This document shows positions 36,400 through 48,642 of a stretch of 64,000 nucleotides of DNA, in pieces. Location: positions 6,328,219 through 6,392,218 of the forward strand of contig JAHRHZ010000105.1 of the NCBI GenBank assembly GCA_024137785.1, in the 5' to 3' direction. This DNA is from Ginglymostoma cirratum. Lineage: Eukaryota. The notes under the pieces were generated by a model. The model saw only the letters and a program-made list of their open reading frames with translations, did not search any database and had not been told where the DNA came from. Position 1 is the stretch's first letter. Each line of letters starts with the position of its first letter. The position numbers and the translations under genes were made by a program.

Positions 36400-38050
36400 G
36401 TTTGGTCCAGGCGGTATGCAAATACAGTGTTCGTTGACAACCCCAAGCCCGGCAGAGTTAATTACGAGTGTAGTTTAAACTGCCGTGCCTTCTTACTCGT
36501 GTTGTTCGTAACCAATGTGGGCAAAGGAGAAGCGATTTGTTTGAACAACTGCGGCCGTATGATTCGAAACAAAGACTATTTTAGCGCACGTCAGTACGGG
36601 ATTGTTTAACGTAAACAGTTCTGAAGGGTCATTTCCACCCCCCCCCGGTTACCTTGCCAGCACCAATCAAAGCCCTCGGGGCAGACTCTATCAATACAAA
36701 ATAGCAATCGTTAACAGACCAAGCATTTCCCATTCAGCCAGGGAATAGCCAATTTTATTTTTTTTTAACAATAAGCTTCCAGTAGAAAAAAATACATGTT
36801 GAAACAGGGCTTTATTCAGAAATATAAATTGTATGGATTATTGCATCGAGTTTCAAAACAAAAAAAAAGCTCTGGGCAAATCTTCCATCCTTTACACTCT
36901 GCATCGATTTCCACTCCGTAACAGCCGTAGCTATGAATCCGTGCTTTAGGAGCGAAGTGATTTCAGAAAATAAAAGACATCTCCGCCAGGTGGAAATTCA
37001 CAGACAGACGTGGAACAGAAAAAAAAAGATATGGCGGGACTTTTTCCAAAAAAAATCCAACTACAAAAACAGGTTTAAATTTGTTTTTCTACCCCCTTCA
37101 GGCAAAACCGAAAAACGTAAGCAAAGCAAAATAAGCACATCAAAGGACCATTTACGTGAAATCGGAGGGGAATTTTGCCCCGTAGACAATACCTACTCCC
37201 ATTGTCTAATCATGATTATAAGAGAGAGGGGTGTTAAAAGTTTGGGTTTTATTCCAGTAAGACAGAGGGACAAAAAAGGCAGAATCCATCTAAAATAGGG
37301 AAAATCGAGGCTTAATTCCGATAGTAAAAATTATTCATCTTAAAATCTGGGGAGGGGGTGTGGAAATTTCCTCCTTGTCCTATTTCCTATTGACGCACAT
37401 GCAGCGCCCCGGAGATTAGCGTGGGTTTAAATTCGCCACTTCCATTAAATTGCAAAGTAACAAGAAAATGGCAACATTTCAAGGCCCAGATTGACAGCTT
37501 CCGGCTCACCCACTTGTTTACCCACAATCCTCTTCAAAAGAATTTATAAAAAAAAATTTTTAGTTTGTAAGATCTACCCTAGCATTTTTATTGGGAGAGA
37601 GGCAGCGCCGTGCCTGTTTTGTTTTAAACAGGGCAACCGCAGCACAGGGTGTGTGTGTGTGTCCGTGGCTTAGTGCAGTTACTTGTTAATGCTGATAATC
37701 CCAGCCCGGGATAGGAGTGAAGGGGAATGTTGCAGTGAATTTCAGTGCATTGGTCCGCCTGCCATTGTCGCTGGAGATGTTTTTGAATTTGAATGGGGCT
37801 CCATTTCTAAATATTTGTTCCCATTTCCCCCGCCCCGAGCTCTCCCCATCGTCCCCTGGCTCGTTCTGGATTAAAACGCTTCTCTTTTCCGGTACCTCGA
37901 CCGAAGCCCATTATTTAGGAGCGGAGCTCTTTGGCCCTGGCAGGAGTCAAGCACCGCCATGTCAATCAACCTCTGAACAAATGCATGCACCAACAAGGCC
38001 TGGGACGGGAACTGATGTTTTATTTAATGTTTTGCATTCGTATAGCGCCT
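36400..38050. promoter_or_regulatory. Isolated CpG-retaining island with candidate enhancer core (~37380-37720)
   Basis: Abrupt rise in CpG relative to the flanks; AGATTGACAG (Pbx/Meis-like) at 37488-37497 and TGTTTAC (FOX) at 37515-37521. Confidence 0.5.
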
Positions 38051-38200
38051 TTCAAAGTGCTTTACAGCTTTGAAGTACCATCTTATGGAAATGTAATTCC
38101 GTGAATGAAACACAGCAGCCAATTATGCACAGCAAACCCTTATAATTATTTTTAATAACCACACAATCTGTTTCTGTGATGTAGATTGAAGGATAAATAT

Positions 38201-38423
38201 TGACAATGGAGCTAGGTTGGCCAGGTGGATATCGTGAGTATGAGTTCCCTGATTGGTGCTGTTAACCTGGGCCAATCAGGGAGCCCTGGCTGACAGATAT
38301 AAACGGGAGCTTCAGGGATTCTGTTCATTCTAGGGACAGTCTCTGAGCAGAGCCCATGTACTGTGCATGTGTGAATAAAGGGTGATTTGATTATAGGATA
38401 TCAGCTTCTATGCAGTTATTTCA
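38201..38423 (+). mobile_element. Small solo LTR (Gypsy-like), inserted in a Deu-SINE fragment
   Basis: CCAAT boxes, ATATAAA, AATAAA and a GCAGTTATTTCA end; homologous to 53218-53441. Confidence 0.7.
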
Positions 38424-39232
38424 GGCCAGAAGAATATAACTTGGTGCTCAAAGCTTCATTTGCATGGCTGATACTGCAACAGTGAGCAAATTCCAGAAGT
38501 GTTAAATTGGTTGGAAAGCATTTTCAGATATCCTGAGAGGGGCAAAACGTGCTGGATTTCAAATCATTTTATCAGGAAGAGCTGGCAAGCTCTCCTCACT
38601 CTCCTGGCCAAAGCTGATCACATTGTAGTCTGTGGGAGCTTGCTGTATGCAAAGTAGCTGCCACTGGTTTCCACAACTCAACAGTGCTTACATCTCAAAA
38701 GAAGCTTAATTGCTTTAATGTGGTTTGGGACATTGAGTCTGTGAAAGGCTTTTTTGTTTCATTTAATGTCAGTGAAAATTGGGCAGTAAGGAGGAGAGGA
38801 AAATGATGTACACAAAACCCACAATTTAGAAAGCCCTGACCTTTAACATAGTAAATAGTCACATGAGTACTATCAAATAAAATTGGCATCCAACCACACA
38901 AGGAAATATTGGGACATATGACCAAAAGCATAATCAACAGGTAAATTTTAAGGAGCGTCTAGCTAGAGGAGTAAGAGAGAGCAGTAGAGAGGTGGAGAAA
39001 TTATAGCGGGGATTATAGGAATTAGTGCTAGAGTAGCTAACATCCCATTATTAAAGGATTAAACTCTAAAATGCACAAAATTCCAGAATTGAAGGAGAGC
39101 AGAAAGAGCAGAATGTTGTGAAGCAGGAGCAGATTGCAGAGATTGCAAGTGGAGGGGCAATCTAGGGGTTTGAAAAGAAGGATGAGAATTTTTAAATCCA
39201 GGAATTGTTAAACTGGGAGCAGTGTAGTTTAG

Positions 39233-39632
39233 NNNNNNNNNNNNNNNNNNNNNNNNNNNNNNNNNNNNNNNNNNNNNNNNNNNNNNNNNNNNNNNNNNNN
39301 NNNNNNNNNNNNNNNNNNNNNNNNNNNNNNNNNNNNNNNNNNNNNNNNNNNNNNNNNNNNNNNNNNNNNNNNNNNNNNNNNNNNNNNNNNNNNNNNNNNN
39401 NNNNNNNNNNNNNNNNNNNNNNNNNNNNNNNNNNNNNNNNNNNNNNNNNNNNNNNNNNNNNNNNNNNNNNNNNNNNNNNNNNNNNNNNNNNNNNNNNNNN
39501 NNNNNNNNNNNNNNNNNNNNNNNNNNNNNNNNNNNNNNNNNNNNNNNNNNNNNNNNNNNNNNNNNNNNNNNNNNNNNNNNNNNNNNNNNNNNNNNNNNNN
39601 NNNNNNNNNNNNNNNNNNNNNNNNNNNNNNNN
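39233..39632. other. Assembly gap (400 N)
   Basis: Run of N. Confidence 1.
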
Positions 39633-39728
39633 CCATTTCTGATGAAGGGTTTAGGCCCGAAACGTCAAGTTTTCCTGCTCCTATGATGCTGCTTGACCTG
39701 CTGTGTTCATCCAGCCCCATGCTTGTTA
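39633..39728 (+). mobile_element. Young Penelope terminus abutting the gap
   Basis: CCATTTCTGATGAAGGGTTTAGGCCCGAAACGTCAAGTTTTCCTGCTCC...CCCCATGCTTGTTA. Confidence 0.93.
39635..39670 (+). ncRNA. Minimal type-I hammerhead ribozyme motif (predicted dimeric)
   Basis: AUUU-CUGAUGA-A-GGGU(UUAG)GCCC-GAAAC-GUC-AAGU; stem I AUUU/AAGU; predicted cleavage after C39666. Activity is untested. Confidence 0.7.
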
Positions 39729-39784
39729 CCTGGGTCTGCATGTCAGTTTAGAACCAGGACCAGGCAGAGTTGTGAGGACTTTCA

Positions 39785-41110
39785 TGTGGGAGGTATAGTT
39801 AGTAAATTTGCAGATGACGCCAAAGTTGGTGATGCAGTGGACAGTTAAGAAGGCTATCTCAGAGTAGACTGGTAGACTCATTAGCAATGTTAGATCACAT
39901 GGGATCCAGGGAGAGCTAGTGAATTTGATGCAAAATTGACTTGAAGGTAGGAGACAGAGTGTTGGTAGAGGGTTGCTTTTCAGACTGGAGGCCTGTGACC
40001 AGTGTGACCAAGGATCAGTGCTGGGTCCACTGCTTTTTGTCATTTATAGGATTGATTTGGATGTGAATATAGGAGGTATGGTTAATAAGTTTGCAGGTCA
40101 CACCAAAATTGGCAGTGCACTGGACAGTGAAGAAGTTGCTCTCAGAGTACAATGGGACTTTGATCAGATGGGCCAATGGGCCAAGGTGTGGCAGATGGAG
40201 TTTAATCTAGATAAATATGAGATGTTGCACATTGGTAAAGTAAATCAGGGCAAGGCTTATACACCTAACGTTAAGGCCCTGGGGAATGTTGCCGAACAGA
40301 GACCTAAGGGGCAGGTGCATCGTGGAGTTGGAGGTAGACAGAGAGATGAAAAAGGCACTTGTCATGCTGGCCTTCATTGGTCAGTGCATCGAGTATCGGA
40401 GTTCAGATGTCATATTGCGACTGTACAGAACACTGGTGAAGCCACTTTTAGAATACTGTGTTTAATTCTGGTCTCCCTGATATAAGAAAGGCCTTGTTAA
40501 ACTTGAAAGGGTTTAGAAAAGAATTACAAAGACTGGAGGGTTTGAGTTATAGGGAGGGGCTGAATAGGCTGGGGCATTCTTCCCTGGAGCATCAGAGGCT
40601 AAGGGGTGACCTTATAAAATCATGAGGGGCATGGATATAGTGAATAGCCAAGGTCTTTTTCCTAGGGTAGGAGAGTCCAAACCTAGAGGCCGTAAGTTTA
40701 ATGTGAGAAGGGAATGATTTAAAAGAGGCCCAGAGGGGCAAATTTTTCACGCATACGTTGGTGTGTGTATGGAATGAGCTGCCAGAGGAAGTGGTGGAGG
40801 CTGGTACAATTACGTCATTTAAAAGACATCTGGATGCGTAAATGAATAGGAAGGGTTTAGAGGGATATGGGCCAACTGCTGGCAAATGGGACTAGATCAG
40901 TTTAGGATATCAAATCGGCGTGGATGAGTTGGACCAAAGAGTCTGTTTCTGTCAGAGATAATAGGAACTGCAGATGCTGGAGAATCTGAGATAACAAGGT
41001 GTGGAGCTGGATGAACACAGCAGGCCAAGCAGCATCATAGGAGCAGGAAAGCTTGACGTTTCGGGCCTAGATCTGTTTCTGTGTTGTATAACTCTATGAT
41101 TATGACTCTT
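39785..41110 (+). mobile_element. CR1/HER1 LINE 3' fragment
   Basis: QGSVLGPLLFVIY..DLDVNIGGMVNKFA..TKIG and QWAKVWQMEFNLDK; tail ACTCTATGATTATGACTCT. A duplicated RT piece lies at 39785-39865. Confidence 0.92.
40942..41082 (-). mobile_element. Penelope-derived mini-element with 11-bp TSD in the CR1 3' tail
   Basis: TSD TCTGTTTCTGT at 40942-40952 and 41072-41082; truncated within hammerhead stem II. Confidence 0.93.
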
Positions 41111-41886
41111 ATGTCAAAATTACGTGTTGACACCCACTTTCAACATTGACGATACAGTAAGTTGTCAAGGAGCTGTTTGTGTAGCTTTTCCCAAGACTTA
41201 ATTTCAGGAGCGATGTGATGAAGGAATATCAGCCTGAAAATTGAGGCAAGATATTTCATTATCATTTGATTACATAAAGTTCATCCAGTTGTAACGACAG
41301 GAGACTGAAATGTTGCAAGTGCTGTGAGCACATCACTCACAGTGTGACATCCAACAATGTTTCACGCTGCAAAGCACTGATGCAAATAAGCTTGTTCATT
41401 TCATATTGCATTGAAACGTACGTCTGTACAAATTGCATCCTACAGTGTGCTACTTACCGTCATATATTGTGTGATAACAAAAGGCTTGTTGACCTGTGTG
41501 GTTCATTCACAAAATCATATCATTTTGGTAATTTTAAATCAAAATAATATGTTAAACAATTTTGTAATATATGAAGGATTCCAAATTGTTAATCATCCCA
41601 CTATTTTTGCATTCAGCTTTACAGTGTCTTTCACTAAGGAAGAAACCAGGTAAGCAATGCCCTTCCCAGTCCTCACCCAGTGCTGCTATGGCATCAGCTG
41701 CTCTCTAGCAAATAAAGGCATTGTACATTTGATATTCACCAGGTGATGCTGATCAATGGTTCAGTGCAATAATGGGTTTCACAATGTGAAGGAATTGCTT
41801 GCGCAGACCTGTGTTCTACTAATAAATGGAAGCCTCCTTGGAGCAATCACAAGAACTTGGGTCCAGCAAGCATTTGGTGATGAAAT

Positions 41887-42285
41887 TCATTGGAGTTTAG
41901 AAGAATGGGAGGTGACCTGATTGAAACATACAAGATTCTTAGGGGACTTGACATGGTAGATACTGAGAGGTTGTTTCCCCTTGTGGGAGAGTCCAGGACC
42001 AGCGGGCAAAATCTCAAAATAAGGAGTTGCTTATTTAGGATGGAAATGAGGGAGAATTTCTTCTGCCGGAGGGTAGTGAATCTGTGGAATTCTTTACTGC
42101 AGAGAGATGTAGTGGCTGGGCCGTGAAGTATATTTGGGTCCAAGACAGGCAGATTTTCCAGCAGTAAAGGAATCAAGAGTTAAGGGGATAGACAGGAAAA
42201 TGAAGTTGAGAATTATCAGACCAGCCATGATCTCATAGAATGGCAGAACTGACAAGATGTGCCAAATGACCTCCTTCTGCTTTGT
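41887..42285 (+). mobile_element. CR1 LINE 3' fragment
   Basis: LEFRRMGGDLIETYKILRGLD..D.ERLFPLVGESRT.G.NLKI...RENFF..RVVNLWNSL. Confidence 0.92.
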
Positions 42286-43061
42286 CACAAGTTGATGGGT
42301 ACAGGAGCAAACAATTCAGCCCTTTGAGACTGTTTGTCCATTCTGTTGAATCATGCTGATTTACTTATCTTTAATCCATGCCTTTTGATACACTTACCTG
42401 ATTTCAGTCCTGAAAGATTCAATTGTTCCTGATGCCAAGCAAATTCTGCGAGTGAATTTCAGATTTCCACTACCCATTATGTGTAAATTGTTTCCTGATT
42501 TCACTCCTAGGTGGCCTTGCTCCAATTTTAAGATTGTGCCCTAATATTCCAAAGAGGTTGACAGTGGGTACGGCATCTTCTAAAAGAGAAATTGTAGAAG
42601 ATATAGGGCTGTGAGGAAAGAGCAGCAGTGGTTTGCATAGCTCCAATGAAGATCAGTCTGAACTACAGTAGGCCAAATGGCCTCCTTCTGTTCTATAAAC
42701 CTTTGTGTCACCCCAAGCTAGCTTCAGCAAAACACTTCTGCATGTTTGTAACCACTTCAAAAAGTCTTTCCCCACAACATGAATCCCTCAGCCTATTGAA
42801 AAGGAAATGTGAAGCACACAGTACCTTAGCGAGAGACACATACAACCAAGAGCTGAATAGCTTTGCTCCGAACAGTTGTTCCAGATAATACTAGTACTTG
42901 ATAACAGGGCACGATACTGGGGAATAAATTCCATATTATTTCGTTAAAATAGCAGCAGTAAACAGTTGATTAGCTGAGAATTATAGTCCACAAGACAGAC
43001 AAATACAGATAACAATCACAGAACTTTTCTTGTACACTTAACAATATCTAATTCAGAAAAC

Positions 43062-43259
43062 ATCACAGAGCAAAAATATGTATTAGAGATAAAAGGTACT
43101 GCAGATGCTGGAGAATCCGAGATAACAAGCATGGGGCTGGATGAACACAGCAGGTCAAGCAGGGTTTAGGCCCGAAACGTCAAGTTTTCCTGCTCCTATG
43201 ATGCTGCTTGACCTGCTGTGTTCATCCAGCCCCATGCTTGTTATCACAGAGCAAAAATA
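43062..43259. mobile_element. Young Penelope-derived perfect hairpin mini-element with 17-bp TSD
   Basis: TSD ATCACAGAGCAAAAATA at 43062-43078 and 43243-43259; perfect 42-bp inverted arms at 43121-43162 and 43204-43245. Confidence 0.96.
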
Positions 43260-43439
43260 GGTCATTCAGTCCATCAGGTCGGCAACAATATTTTTACTTC
43301 AGTGAGTCTTCTAGTCCAAACCTATTCTTCTGCTCATTCTAAATATTATTTATTGTATTTTTCATCGAATTTATAGATTGTGCTTTGACAAAACTTTGTA
43401 GCAGAAAATTCCACCTTCTGGCTCTTATCAAAAGATAAC

Positions 43440-43808
43440 TATAGAAGTTTATAAAATCATGGGGGACATGGATAGGGTGAATAGTCAAGGTCTTTTCCCC
43501 ATTGTGGGGGAGTACAAAACGAGAGGGCACAGCTTTAAGGTGAGAGGGGAAAGATTTAAAAGGGATCTAAGGGGCAACTTTTTCATGCAGAGGGTGGTGT
43601 GTGTATGGAATGAGTTACCAGAGGAGGTGATGGAGGCTAGTGCAATTACATTTAAAAAGCATCTAGATAGGTATATGAACAGGAAAGGTTTAGAGAGATG
43701 TGGGCCAAATGTTGGCAAATGGGACTAGATTAATGTGGAGTATCTGGTCAGGATGAACAAGTTGAACTGAAGGGTCTGTTTCCATGCTGTACATCTCTTT
43801 GACTCTAT
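43440..43808 (+). mobile_element. CR1/HER1 LINE 3' fragment
   Basis: MDRVNSQGLFP.VGE.KTRGHSFKVRGERFKRDLRGNFF.QRVV.VWNELP. Confidence 0.92.
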
Positions 43809-43899
43809 CCCCTCTTTAATTCTAATACAATATAAATAGATTTATGCTCTCTTTTTACTTCAGACTAGTAACATACATGTCTATGTTAATACGTGTTAT

Positions 43900-45400
43900 T
43901 TTTTATTTGTTCACAGGTCATGGGTGTCACTGGCTAGTCTTTTTTTTTGTCCATTCTTGATTGCCCTTGAAAAGGTGATTGTGAGCTGCTCTCTTGAACT
44001 GCTGCAGTCGTTAAGGTGTAGTGACACCCACAGTGCTGTTAGAAAGGGAGTTCTAGGTTTTCAGTGACAGTGAAGGGACGATGACATAGTTCCAAGTTAG
44101 GATGGTGAGAGGCTTGGAAATGAACTTGAAGGTAGTGGTGTTCCCTTCTATATGGTCCTCTCATGTTTCTAGATGGTAGGAGCTGAAAGAGTCTTGGTGA
44201 GTTACTGGAGTACATCTTGTAAGTGGTTTAATCTGCTGCGACAGTGCATTCTTGGTGGTGGGAAAGAATGTTGGAGATATTTGGGGTAGTAATCAGGCAG
44301 GATGTTTTATTCTGGATGAATGTTATTCAAGCTGCACTCATCCAGGTCACTGGCTGTAATACCATCACAGTCCTGACTTGTGTCTTGTAGATAGTGGATA
44401 GGCTCTGGGGAGTCAGGAGGTGTGTTATTTGCCTCAGAGTTCCTAGCCTCTGAACTCCTCTTGCAGCCATGTTATTTATATGGAAGTAAAGTACTGTGGA
44501 TGCTGGAGATTTGAAATAAAAACAAAACATGCAGAATATTTATATCTTTGGTCCAGTTCAGTTTCTGATCAATAGTAATCCCCAGGATGTGAGGAATTCT
44601 GCGCATCTAGGACAGTGCCTTGAGGTCGTGCACAACTGAAGTGATGTCTTGGGGCTGAGATCATTGACATCCAACAACCACAACTATTTTCCTATGTGCC
44701 AGGTCTGACTCCAGCCAGCAAAAATCTCTCGCTGATTCCCACTGACTCCAATTCTTCGAGAACCTCTAGATATCACACATGGTCATATGTTACCTTGATG
44801 TCAAGGGCAATCACTCACACCTCTGGAGGTGAACTGTTTTGTCCAGACAGTCATACAGCACAGAAACAGACACTTCATTCTAACTCATCCATACCAACCA
44901 TGTTTCCCAGTGAAAAAAATTCAAAGCTTATCCAGCCTCTCCTTAGAACTCAAACCCTCCAGTCCCAGTAACATTCTTTTCTGCATCTTCTCCAATTTAA
45001 TAATATCTTTCCTATTGTAGGTGGCCCTGAGCTGTAATGATGTCAGGTGCTGAGTGGCCCTGCAGAATCTTTACTAAATATCAGTGAGCAGGTTATTGTA
45101 AGCATGTGATAAAACAGTTAATGCCACTTTCTGGGGGTCTGAACATGAGATTGAGATGGATCATTCACCCGGCACTTCTAACTAAATATGGATGCAAATG
45201 CTTCATCCTTGCCTTTTGCCCTGATGTGCTGCATTCCTGAGGATGAAGCTATTTATAGAGACTCCCCTTGTCAGTTCTTCAATTCTTCACCACCATTCCC
45301 AGTTGGATGTGGCTGGACCACAATCCTGAGATCGCATCGATCGATTGTAGTCTATGTATGTTAATCAGCTTATATATTTGTAATATCTATCCTTATTGGT
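43900..45400 (-). mobile_element. CR1/L2-clade LINE (family B), fragmented
   Basis: Minus-strand peptide QRLGTLRQITHLLTPQSLSTIYKTQVRTVM; 3' tail near 43910-43980; interrupted by small insertions. Confidence 0.75.
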
Positions 45401-45947
45401 TTGCTGTTTATCAAATTGATGATTGGTTTGGCAAATTTGTTGCAAGCAAAATGGACAAATAATAATTGCGCAGAAAATTACAAAATGCTAAAGAGCCTTG
45501 TATATACGGAATTGTTTTACAGACAAAAGACTACCATAATGACATGATCAAGGTGAGTATTTGTGGAAGTAATGGCCTCGTGGTATTATTAGTCCAGAGT
45601 CCCAGGAATTTCTCTGGGGGCCCTGGTTCAGTTCCTGCCATGACAGAGTATGGAATTTGAATTTTGTTTTTAATCTGAAATTAAATAACACTATCAATTG
45701 TTGAGAAAATTCATCTGGTTCACAGGTGGCTTTTGGGGAAGAAAACTGCTTCCCTTACCTGGTCTGTCGTACATGTGACTCCAGATCCACAGCAGTGTCC
45801 TTTGGGCAATTAGGGATGAACAATAAATGTTGGCCTAGCTGGTGATGGTCACATGACCCAAGTGAGTAAATAATTTAGAAAGACACTGCTTCAGAAGGGG
45901 TTTCTTGTTAAAACATTTTGGTCATTTTCCCTCTCTTCAGCTAAGAA

Positions 45948-46310
45948 AGGGGAGGCAATGGCTTAGTGGTATTATTGCTGGACTGGTTAGTCCAGAGACC
46001 TATATAATGTTCTGGGGACCCAGGTTCGAATCCCACCATAGCACATGGTGGAATTTGGATTCAATAAATATCTCGAGTTAAGAATCTAATGATGACCATG
46101 AATCCACTGTCAATTGTTGGGAAAAACCCATCTGGTTCATTAATGCCCTTTAGGGAAGGAAACTGCCATCTTTACCTGGTCTGGCCTACATGTGAATCCA
46201 GACCCACAGCAATGTGGTTGACTCTGAACTGCCCTCTGGGCAATTAGGGATGGGCAATGAATGCTGCCTAGCCAGTGATGCATTTGTCCTGTGAATGAAT
46301 AAAAAAAAAT
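45948..46310 (+). mobile_element. tRNA-headed SINE (family B), full length; degraded tandem neighbour at ~45560-45870
   Basis: GGGAGGCAATGGCTTAGTGGTA (A box)...GGTTCGAATCCC (B box)...GGGCAATTAGGGATGGGCAATGAATGCTG...GAATGAATAAAAAAAAA. Confidence 0.9.
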
Positions 46311-46759
46311 TGTCTGGTGCTTGGACACCAGGCACTCTCTTGAGTGATCAGTCTTTATTTGTGCAGAAAGCTGATGGACCATATAGCAGAACAAAGTCCA
46401 GACGTTCACAAATAGACTTTCAAACTGGAGGCTAAAGACAGAAAACAGGAACAGGAACAGCAACACCAGCTGATGATTTTTCAATTCCAACTCCAGTTCA
46501 TGAGGTTGATCTATGTGCCCCTTTGACTTCTCACAAGGCTGTTGAGTTAATTTTAAGATTTACGGATTCAGCTGAAGATTGAGTGAAGAATGATTGGTGT
46601 TTCAGTCCATCATCTTCCCTTTACAAATATAAAAACCAGATAAATAGGCAGGCAGAGCCTTGATTTAAGGTGAAGTTGGGTTTAAGGATGAAGGACAAAG
46701 AGATTGAGAATCATCAACTCAATTGTCAACATAACTGACCAGTGTTAATTTTTTTTAAA

Positions 46760-47152
46760 TTTATTCTTTTGTGTGATGTGATTGTCGCTGGTAAGGTCAG
46801 CATTTGTTGATCCAAGTACCCCCGAACTGAATGACTTGCCAGGGCCATTTCAGAGAACACTGAGGGATCAACACATACTGTAAGTCAGGAGTCAAATGTA
46901 GGTCTGACCAATAGGGATGGCAGATTCCTACTCAAAAAGATATTAGTGACCTAGAAGACTTTTAATACCTCTCAATGTTAGATTCATGCTCACCATTATT
47001 GAGACTGGTTTAATATTCCAGAACTATTAATTGAATTTAAATTATACCGGCTGCCCTGTTGGGATTTAAAACCATGTCCCCAGAGGATTAGCCTGAATTA
47101 ATAAATCTAAATTAATAATCTCGGGACATTACAACAATGTCACTATTTTCCC
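46760..47152 (-). mobile_element. Older family-B-related SINE (another copy ~49985-50255)
   Basis: GATGGCAGATTCC...TATTAGTGA...GGGATTTAAAACCATGTCCCCAGAG. Confidence 0.65.
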
Positions 47153-48642
47153 CAGTCAATAAATATAAAGCTATACCATTTAAGCTGTGGAATTCACTCA
47201 AAACTGTGCTTTTGTTTGTGAGTGCCAATATCTCCATATATGGTTCTATAGGTTTTCTTGTGATCCACCTTTGTACTATATTAAATGCAATTTGTCGCCT
47301 TTATTGAATTAAAACAGAAAATTTTGGAAGTATTCTCCTGAAATGTCACTGATCTGAAAGATTAGCTCAATTTCTCTCTCCACAGACCTTTTTTCCAGAA
47401 TTTCCTTTTTTATCTTTCCAGCACCTGCACTGTTTTATTGCTGTTCAGTCTCTTTCTTTACTCCTTTACATCTTTCTTAACATCTACTCCATTGATCAAG
47501 TTATTGGTAATAATATAGAAAATCTTTATGTAGCTCATGTCAAGTATATTCGGATAATACTCCGATGAAGTGCATTCTGTTATTAAAGATGCTATGAAAA
47601 TCTAAGTTGCTACAGCTATTTATGGCAAAACCAGCAGACTATAACTTAGACGCAGCCATTGATTAAACTACACAACCCTTTGTCAGAACACACCTTGAGT
47701 GTATGTCTATTGTTGGCCATGAGAACTCAAGGCAGCTATTCATAAATAGAAATTCATCACGAGCTCTGTGCTGAAACCTAATTCCAGAGACTGAAATATG
47801 AAAAAGCCTCAAGGAATGTATGTTTTTCTATCTTTCCAAAAGAAATGGCAGAGTGGCTCCTGTATAGTTTAGTGTTGACCAATATGTGAGCACCATGTGA
47901 CTAATTGGGAACACAAATCCGGCTAATTAGATCTGTGATTAATAAATAAAAGATGCCTAACAAGCACCATCATGTGACAAACCACATGCACGTGAACTGT
48001 GACCTTTTAGTCTGTTCACTGGCAGAATGGTGAGACAAAGACCAAGTTTACAAGTGTTTGTTTTACTATAGCGTGGATGCATTACTTCCTTGTTGACTGA
48101 TTTTTGGCAGATCTTTGTTATATAAATAAATATGTGAAGTACATTTGCTTGTGAGTACGTATAAAAGTGAGATCTGTTAAAATTAATACATGTGGCTGAA
48201 AGTATGCTCTCACCACACACCTATGAGACACCTTGAGAAGTTTATTACAGATGTTCAACAAATGCAACTTGTTGTATTACGCATTTTACTAAAGATCTTG
48301 TACACCGATTGGGGCAGCTGGGGGAAATAACTGGCCCATTGTGGGTGGCTGTTTTCCTTGCTATTTTTTTCTGCTTCCCCTTGCAGCCTAATTGCTACAA
48401 ATCCGTCTGCCTCCCACAATGTCTGGTAATTCAAATTTCTCCTAATAGTCTGAGTGGGAGAGTCTATGTCCAAGCTTTATGGTGGTCTTAGAACCAAATA
48501 ACCAGAACTGAATAGTAGAACATGCTTGAAGGGCTGAATGGTCAAACGTGCTCCTAATATTTTTAAAATTTAGCCCAATGTTTCTCAGAAGCAGATATTT
48601 CAAAGCCACAGAATTTTCTCTAATCAATGATATAGATAAATT

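Noticed and set aside
39205-39741. Long ORFs spanning the N runs (also 51670-52192)
   Set aside because: Artefacts of the assembly gaps.
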